Assembly (NCBI GenBank): GCA_036960375.1
Contig: JBALVY010000002.1
Span: forward strand, 659,049-723,048
Reading direction: 5' to 3'
Origin: Pseudomonadales bacterium
GTDB lineage: Bacteria; Pseudomonadota; Gammaproteobacteria; Pseudomonadales; CAWVSB01
Length of the DNA stretch: 64,000 nt
The notes below the pieces were generated by a model that was not told where the DNA came from, searched no databases, and saw nothing but the letters and a program-made list of their open reading frames with translations. Positions 58,140-64,000 of the stretch are shown piece by piece. The first letter of the stretch is position 1, and each line of letters begins with the position of its first letter. Both the position numbers and the translations under genes were made by a program.

Positions 58140-59048
58140 TTACTGTGGAGGAACAGAGAAACCGTCTAGTACTGGCGTATGGTCTGCAGTGAAGTACTCC
58201 GACAAGCTGTTGTGCAGTCCGTCGACATCAAATTTCCCGCCGTCTGCGCTGGTAAAGTTCTTACCAAACTGCGGACGTTGAATAACATTGACCTGATTGC
58301 CCCATACCACCATCACCTCACCAGAAATGTGTCCGGCTTCGGGAGATGCAAGATAGCCAACAAGCGGTGCGACGTTTGCCGGATTGAAAGCATCGAAGCC
58401 GTCATCCGGCGCGGCAAACAGCGCGGCAGTCATACCCATATTGGTCATGTCGGTGCGGGCTCGCGGCATGATGACGTTACAGGTAACCCCGTATTTGATC
58501 ATTAGCTGGGCAGCGCCCATCGTCATGGAAACGATACCGGCTTTGGCTGCCGCATAGTTAGGCTGGCCAGCAGAACCAAAGATAGCCGCCTCCGAAGAAG
58601 TGCTTACCAGGCGACCGTAAATGGCGCCGTCTTTTTTGGCTTTATTGCGCCAGTATTGTGTTGCGTTACGGATATTGACGAAGTGACCGCGCAAGTGCAC
58701 ACGGACTACCGAATCAAACTGATCATCGTCCATGTTGAAAATGGTTTGGTCGCGGCAGAAACCCGCGTTATTAACCATAATATTGACGTCGCCATAAGTT
58801 TCGATAGCGGTTTTGAATAAATTGGCTGAGTCATTGGTATCGGCGCAGTCGCCCAATACCACGATGGCTTCGCCGCCAGCGGCCTTTATTTCATCGGCTG
58901 TGGCATTGGCTGCTTCTACTGCATCGGGCAGGTCGATATCGCTGATAACAACGCGTGCGCCCTGTGAGGCCAGTTGCAATGCCTCCTCACGACCCAGACC
59001 GCGGCCTGCGCCTGTGATAATGGCTACTTTTCCTGTTAAATCACCCAT
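58140..59048 (-). CDS. SDR of the MFE-2 N-terminal / Hsd4A-like type (3-hydroxyacyl-CoA dehydrogenase candidate)
   Basis: 302 aa with ITGAGRGLGRE, NNAG, and catalytic YAAAKAG, plus a C-terminal extension beyond classical 250-aa SDRs. Confidence 0.8.
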   Translation of the reverse strand: MGDLTGKVAIITGAGRGLGREEALQLASQGARVVISDIDLPDAVEAANATADEIKAAGGEAIVVLGDCADTNDSANLFKTAIETYGDVNIMVNNAGFCRDQTIFNMDDDQFDSVVRVHLRGHFVNIRNATQYWRNKAKKDGAIYGRLVSTSSEAAIFGSAGQPNYAAAKAGIVSMTMGAAQLMIKYGVTCNVIMPRARTDMTNMGMTAALFAAPDDGFDAFNPANVAPLVGYLASPEAGHISGEVMVVWGNQVNVIQRPQFGKNFTSADGGKFDVDGLHNSLSEYFTADHTPVLDGFSVPPQ

Positions 59049-59065
59049 GGTGTATCTCCTTTTTG

Positions 59066-60238
59066 TTACAGACGCTCAATAATGGTGCCGGTGCCGTTTG
59101 CGGCGCCACAGCACATGGTTATTAGCGCAGTGTTTTTGTCCTGACGCTCCATTTCGAGCAGGGCTTCGCCAATCAGCCGTGCGCCAGTTGAACCTACGGG
59201 GTGACCCAATGCAATAGCGCCGCCCTTGACGTTAACCTTGCTCATATCGGCTTCAAATACGCGCTGCCACGACAAAACAACAGAGGCAAAAGCTTCGTTG
59301 ATTTCAACCACGTCAATATCGTTCATGGTCATGCCGGTTTTCTTTAGCAGTTGGCGGGTGGCATCTACCGGGCCATCTAGCAGAAAGTGTGGATCTGCAC
59401 CAACGACAGTACCCTGAATGATACGTGCACGTGGCTTGAGACCGCGTGCAATCGCTTCCTCAGCGCTCATCCACAGAACTGCAGCAGAGCCATCAGATAC
59501 TTGTGAAGAGTTACCTGCAGTGTGTACGCCGTCTTCTGAGACCTGGCGTAAACCGGCCAGCCCTTCCATGGTCGTCTCACGGATACCCTGGTCACGGCTG
59601 ACTATTTTTGTCTCACCTGTGGGTTTTCCTTCGGCATCCAAAATGGGAGCAACCACGTCGATTACCTGTGGGAACCAACCCGCGTCCCACGCAGCCGCTG
59701 CGCGACGTTGCGATTCGAAGGCTAGTTCATCGGCATCCTGTCGGGTGATACCGCGCTTGGCGGCAATGCGACCGGCCGCCTCAAACTGGTTCATTGCTTG
59801 ATCCCAAGGCCAGTCTTCAGTAATGAAGTAACCGGGGCCATGAATGGCGCTGGCCCCCAGGCCTACTCGGCTCATGGACTCTGCGCCGCCGGCAATACCA
59901 ATTTTCGCCTGACCGGCAGTAATCAGTGCGGACATAATGTGGTTGGCAGCCTGAGCTGAACCACACTGGGTATCAATTGTGCTACAGCCTGCGGTATAGC
60001 TGGTGCCCAGATGCAACCAGGCATTTTTTGCAAAATTATTCGATTGCTCGCCGGCCTGTGTGACACAGCCGCTATATACCTGCTCGATATCTGAATATTC
60101 CAGGCCGTTACGTTCTACCAGAGCGCGATAACAGTTGGCCAAGAGTTCTACCGCATGCACGCCGCTTAAATCGCCAGCGATGGGTTTGCCGCGACCGATG
60201 GGGGTGCGTACTACATCTACAATGACTGCTTCAGCCAT
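59066..60238 (-). CDS. Acetyl-CoA C-acyltransferase (degradative thiolase)
   Basis: Nucleophile region DTQCGSAQ, then NEAFASV, GGAIALGHPVGSTGARL, and the C-terminal CCGAANGTG. Confidence 0.9.
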   Translation of the reverse strand: MAEAVIVDVVRTPIGRGKPIAGDLSGVHAVELLANCYRALVERNGLEYSDIEQVYSGCVTQAGEQSNNFAKNAWLHLGTSYTAGCSTIDTQCGSAQAANHIMSALITAGQAKIGIAGGAESMSRVGLGASAIHGPGYFITEDWPWDQAMNQFEAAGRIAAKRGITRQDADELAFESQRRAAAAWDAGWFPQVIDVVAPILDAEGKPTGETKIVSRDQGIRETTMEGLAGLRQVSEDGVHTAGNSSQVSDGSAAVLWMSAEEAIARGLKPRARIIQGTVVGADPHFLLDGPVDATRQLLKKTGMTMNDIDVVEINEAFASVVLSWQRVFEADMSKVNVKGGAIALGHPVGSTGARLIGEALLEMERQDKNTALITMCCGAANGTGTIIERL

Positions 60239-60275
60239 ATTGTGCTCCTCAGGTTCAGTGTTCGGGGGATGGTGC

Positions 60276-60746
60276 TTACAGGAAGACCATCATTAATTCA
60301 TAAATCAGGCCGGGTTTGTCCTGGTCGACTATGTGTATATGTGTTTCCAGCGTCAATGTGGTTTTATGTTCACTGACGGCAATGGCTTTAACACGACTGC
60401 GAGAATGTAGCTCGCTATTAACGGGTACCGCGCCCAAAAAACGCAGTTTGTCAGAGCCGTAGTTCATAATGTGGGAATAGCCTTCAATGTCCTCTATGGC
60501 ACTCTTGCTCGACGTCATCTTGGATTGCAGCGAGAGGATCAGGAAGCCGTGGGCGATGGTGCAGCCGAAGGGGCTTTCCTTGGCGCAGCGTTCTTCGTCA
60601 ACGTGCATCCACATATGATCGCCGGTCAGGTCTGCAAATTGGCTGATCATGGCCTGATCTACAGTGATCGAGGAACTCCAATCGCCCAATTCTTCGGATA
60701 CTAATGCATTCAAAGCATCTGCGTCTTTGTAGTGAATACTTGTCAT
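60276..60746 (-). CDS. MaoC-like (R)-specific enoyl-CoA hydratase
   Basis: 156-aa hot-dog protein; hydratase-2 region FADLTGDHMWMHVDEERCAKESPFGCTIAHGF. Confidence 0.8.
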   Translation of the reverse strand: MTSIHYKDADALNALVSEELGDWSSSITVDQAMISQFADLTGDHMWMHVDEERCAKESPFGCTIAHGFLILSLQSKMTSSKSAIEDIEGYSHIMNYGSDKLRFLGAVPVNSELHSRSRVKAIAVSEHKTTLTLETHIHIVDQDKPGLIYELMMVFL

Positions 60747-60885
60747 AATGGTCTACTCTGGATGGTCAAAAAACTGTACACAGGCTAGTGATAAGCCCAA
60801 TATAGCCATAGTAATGGCAAATTCAGTCAATTTCAGTTTAATTATCCGTCAGGTAAAATGGTTGATTTTTCACTGTATTTAGGTC

Positions 60886-60913
60886 ACTCGGTACTAATAG
60901 GCCGAGTTTTTTT
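60886..60913 (+). promoter_or_regulatory. Terminator-like hairpin plus T7 tract inside the 5' leader of the SLC13 permease gene
   Basis: ACTCGG-tactaatagg-CCGAGT followed by a T run through 60913, ending 18 nt before ATG 60932. No plus-strand gene lies upstream for it to terminate. Confidence 0.45.
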
Positions 60914-60931
60914 CACTCGTCGGGCCAATAG

Positions 60932-62716
60932 ATGACAGCGGAAATATTGACAGTTTTTCTACTTGTAGCACTGGCACTGGTGCTATTTATCCGAGAATGG
61001 TTGCCGATAGATCTGTCGGCCATGTTAGTACTGGCCTTTCTCGGGGTACTGGATGCCGCCACACCACTGGATTTACTGCCTGAAAACCAGCTATTCTCTG
61101 GTTTTTCCAGTCGCGCGGTTATTGCCATTATTGGGGTAACTATTGTTGCCAAGGGCCTGGAGAAAACCGGACTGATGGTGGTCGTGGCGCGCTGGATTAG
61201 CAGCCGCAGCCGGGGAGAGACTTCTACCAAGGCCCTCATCATGTCGTCTGCGGGCCTTGTCTCTGCGTTTGTGCAAAATATCGGCGTGGCCGCTATGTTT
61301 GTGCCAATTACCCGTCGAGTCGCTAAAAACAAACATTTGAATGTATCCAACCTGATGATGCCCATGGCCTTTTGTGTCATTTTGGGCGGCACCATTACCA
61401 TGGTAGGTTCTGCCCCTTTGATTCTGGTTAATGATCTTTTGCCACCGGGTTATCCTCCTTTCGGCTTGTTTGATGTGGCCCCTATTGGGTTGTTGCTGTT
61501 GTTGAGCGGAATTTTGCTGTTTGTGTTTTTTGGCCGAGTACTTGGCCTGGCAAAACCAAATACCGATGTGGGTTTAGACTCCGGCCGAGGTTTTACCTAC
61601 GATATTGACGAGACGGTGCGTTATGTCGTATTGGATGAAACCAGCGACGTGCGTCAGATGACCGTTGGGGAGTTGGAGAAGCTATATCAGGTGAAACTGG
61701 TTTCTGTTGATACCAACATTGGCGATGTGACGGCAGATACCTCAATGCAAAATATTGCCGAGTTCGCGCTTTATGGCGTGGCTCAGGGTGTTGATAGGCT
61801 ACTGGGGCTGAGTGGGGTAGGGGAGACAGAGACGCCCGCCAAGAGTGTTATAGTCAATCCCGATTTTCAGGGCCTGGTCGAAATTGTGGTTCGTCCCGGT
61901 TCCAGTATTATCAATCACAACGATAACGAGATGGGTATATTTCGCGACAGTGGCTTGAGCCCGGTGGCCTTATTGCGAGATAAGAAAGTTTATCGAAGCA
62001 ACCTCGATCTTATGCGCCTGAACCCCGGTGACGCCATTCTATGTTACGGCGCATGGGATCATGTAGTTCGTCTGGAGTCCGGTGAAGACTTCGTCATACC
62101 GACGCAGGATTACCCCAGAATTACGCCCGATACAAAAAAAATACCTACCGCAATCGCGCTGTTTGCCTTGGCCTTAGGTGCCATTCTATGGGTGGATATT
62201 CCGCTGTCGCTGGTTTTCTTCAGCTGCGCGGTGGCTATGATGTTGCTGAAAATCATTAGTGTCTCTGATGCCTACAAAAGTGTCAGTTGGAAAACAGTAT
62301 TTCTGCTAGCGTCACTTATTCCGCTGGGTAGTGCCATGCAATTCACTGGCGCGGCCCAGTGGCTTGCCCAATATCTCATTGAACTTATGGGCTCGGGTTC
62401 CTCAGAGCTTGCCTGGCTGGCCCTGGCTGCCGTATTGTCGACGGCGTTAACACTGGTGATGTCCAATGTGGGTGCAACGGTTATTTTGATTCCGTTGTTT
62501 TCCCAAATCGCCATTGGGCTGAATTTGGATCCTGGCAAGTTTGCGCTATTGGTGGCTATCTGTGTATCCAATAGTTTCTTGATTCCCACCCACCAGGTAA
62601 ACGCCCTGATTATGAACCCCGGCAAATATCGCTCGTATGATTTTTTGCGAGCAGGCGCGGTCATGACAGTGCTGTGTATTATGGTCTCGTTAGTTGGAAT
62701 AGAACTTTTCTTTTAA
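60932..62716 (+). CDS. SLC13/DASS-family anion permease with a central soluble (TrkA-C/RCK_C-like) region
   Basis: 594 aa. Hydrophobic N- and C-terminal halves are separated by a ~200-aa soluble segment (..VRYVVLDETSDVRQMTVGELEK.. and ..VEIVVRPGSSIINHND..). Confidence 0.8.
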   Translation: MTAEILTVFLLVALALVLFIREWLPIDLSAMLVLAFLGVLDAATPLDLLPENQLFSGFSSRAVIAIIGVTIVAKGLEKTGLMVVVARWISSRSRGETSTKALIMSSAGLVSAFVQNIGVAAMFVPITRRVAKNKHLNVSNLMMPMAFCVILGGTITMVGSAPLILVNDLLPPGYPPFGLFDVAPIGLLLLLSGILLFVFFGRVLGLAKPNTDVGLDSGRGFTYDIDETVRYVVLDETSDVRQMTVGELEKLYQVKLVSVDTNIGDVTADTSMQNIAEFALYGVAQGVDRLLGLSGVGETETPAKSVIVNPDFQGLVEIVVRPGSSIINHNDNEMGIFRDSGLSPVALLRDKKVYRSNLDLMRLNPGDAILCYGAWDHVVRLESGEDFVIPTQDYPRITPDTKKIPTAIALFALALGAILWVDIPLSLVFFSCAVAMMLLKIISVSDAYKSVSWKTVFLLASLIPLGSAMQFTGAAQWLAQYLIELMGSGSSELAWLALAAVLSTALTLVMSNVGATVILIPLFSQIAIGLNLDPGKFALLVAICVSNSFLIPTHQVNALIMNPGKYRSYDFLRAGAVMTVLCIMVSLVGIELFF

Positions 62717-62743
62717 GCCTTTTTGCACAGCTCTTATACGAAA

Positions 62744-62766
62744 AAGACCCTCAATTAGAGGGCCTT
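62744..62766. terminator. Hairpin between convergent genes; a better terminator for the minus-strand gene
   Basis: AAG(A)CCCTC-aatta-GAGGG(C)CTT. The preceding A-run gives a U-tract on the minus strand. Confidence 0.5.
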
Positions 62767-62789
62767 TCAATTACCGGGCTAGCCGTAAA

Positions 62790-64000
62790 TTATTTAATAA
62801 ACAGCATTTCCTGATACTTCGGTAGTGGCCATAGTTCATCAGCTACCATGCCTTCCAGTTTGTCCGCGTGGGATCTTACTTCCAGCATTAGTGGACAAAT
62901 TTCTTTAGCGCAGAATTGCATATGCGCTTCGGTTGAATCGAACTCATGCTGGCTTAATGTTTCGCTGAGTTGCCTTACCGCCGCCATCATGGCATTGGCT
63001 TCAGTAGTCATTGCCTTAGCTTGAGAAGTATCAAGCTCAAGTCCCAGATCAGACAGGCCATAAGCAGTGCCGGCTATTTCTGAAAGATAGGTGATCGCCG
63101 CGGGATAGATACTTGTCGACGCCATGTTTACTACCAGCTTCGCTTCAACTTCTATCGACAGAATATATTGCTCTGCATAGACTTCGAATCGACTCTCCAA
63201 CTCGGCCGGAGATAGTACGCCGGTTTTTTCGAATAGCTTGATTATTGATTCTTCCTGAAATGCCGGCAACGCATCAGCGGTAGTCGGAATATTTTTCAGG
63301 CCTCGCTCCTCGACAGCTATTCTATGCCATTCCGGTGAGTAGCCGTCGCCGCCAAATATGACATTGCCGTGTAGCTCCATCAGCTCTTTTAATACGGCGA
63401 TGACGGCAGTGGCTTGATCATCATGTTCTTTTAACGCGGTTTCCAGTTCGCCGGCAATCCAGCTCAGCGAGTCGGCCAGCATGGTATTCATTGCCACTAG
63501 TGGACCAGATACAGATTGCGATGAGCCTACTGCGCGAAACTCGAAGCGGTTGCCGGTAAAGGCGAAGGGCGAGGTCCTGTTGCGGTCACCCGGGTCGCGG
63601 CTGAAACTCAATATTTGAGATAATCCTGAATCCATTACACCGCCGTCTGAGGATCCGACAAGCTTGCCTTCCTTAATATCGTTAAATACGGTTTCAAGCT
63701 GGTCACCGAGATAGACGGAAAGAATAGCTGGTGGGGCTTCATTGGCTCCCAGCCGATGATCATTCGCTGCTGAGGCAATTGCCGCACGCAATAGCGGTCC
63801 ATACAGGTGCACTCCGCGAATTACTGCACCACAAAACAGCAGAAAAAGCAGGTTGTCATGTGGCGTATCGCCTGGATCAAGCAGATTTCCCTGGGTGCTG
63901 TTACCTACCGACCAATTGACATGTTTACCGGAGCCGTTAATACCTGCAAAGGGTTTTTCGTGCAGTAAACACAGGAATCCATGTTTCTTGGCTGTGCTTT
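62790..64000 (-). CDS. glnN: Glutamine synthetase type III, C-terminal ~400 codons (gene continues past the right edge)
   Basis: The track ORF starts at an internal GTG (63812). My translation upstream stays open to 64000: ..AKKHGFLCLLHEKPFAGINGSGKHVNWSVGNSTQGNLLDPGDTPHDNLLFLLF.., which is a GS catalytic block. The long helical C-terminal domain is typical of GSIII. Confidence 0.85.
   Translation of the reverse strand, partial: STAKKHGFLCLLHEKPFAGINGSGKHVNWSVGNSTQGNLLDPGDTPHDNLLFLLFCGAVIRGVHLYGPLLRAAIASAANDHRLGANEAPPAILSVYLGDQLETVFNDIKEGKLVGSSDGGVMDSGLSQILSFSRDPGDRNRTSPFAFTGNRFEFRAVGSSQSVSGPLVAMNTMLADSLSWIAGELETALKEHDDQATAVIAVLKELMELHGNVIFGGDGYSPEWHRIAVEERGLKNIPTTADALPAFQEESIIKLFEKTGVLSPAELESRFEVYAEQYILSIEVEAKLVVNMASTSIYPAAITYLSEIAGTAYGLSDLGLELDTSQAKAMTTEANAMMAAVRQLSETLSQHEFDSTEAHMQFCAKEICPLMLEVRSHADKLEGMVADELWPLPKYQEMLFIK

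Overview
This is a 64-kb chromosomal window. Gene content suggests an aerobic marine Gammaproteobacterium (SusD-less TonB-receptor glycan locus, Na+/solute symporters, many exported sulfatases); this is inference only. I recognised no rRNA, tRNA, CRISPR array, transposase, integrase or phage genes. The window has three blocks. (i) 1-30.9 kb is a glycan-utilisation locus. It holds two TonB-dependent receptors, a LacZ-like GH2, a GH10-like enzyme, a BglX-like GH3 and an SGNH esterase fused to a CBM. It also holds three Cys-type sulfatases, two roughly 91%-identical SSS symporter paralogs and a frameshifted SMP-30 lactonase. Its regulators are a LysR protein and a NarL-type two-component system whose kinase has a periplasmic solute-binding-protein sensor. 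Two cytoplasmic TPR(-sulfotransferase) paralogs are also present; one runs off the left edge and is missing from the ORF track. (ii) 30.9-33.3 kb is a decay/junction zone built from gene fragments: a sulfatase piece, a 69-nt copy of a symporter 5' end, a frameshifted methyltransferase remnant, an orphan copy of a 65-nt intergenic element, and one AT-rich TIM-barrel gene. (iii) 33.3-64 kb is an acyl-CoA catabolic island. It contains a ChsH1/ChsH2/Ltp2-like hydratase-aldolase module, a split MFE-2-like SDR/thiolase/hydratase trio, two acyl-CoA dehydrogenases around a TetR gene, and extra SDRs, hot-dog proteins and a thioesterase. Mixed in are a class-III aminotransferase, an amine-dehydrogenase-like protein, a MATE pump, a di-haem peroxidase, an SLC13 permease and a partial type-III glutamine synthetase. 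The most unusual signals are non-coding. Six copies of a 17-nt unit form a 32-bp perfect hairpin and a nested triple hairpin around one hot-dog gene. A 167-nt element has 29-bp perfect terminal inverted repeats. A duplicated 65-nt GTAGGG/CCCTAC-rich element lies downstream of the sensor kinase. Also notable is a compact operon of a serine hydrolase, an unannotated 59-aa membrane protein and a Rap1a/Tai4-like periplasmic protein. I found no single clear-cut novel system. All family calls come from motif recognition by eye, without database searches.
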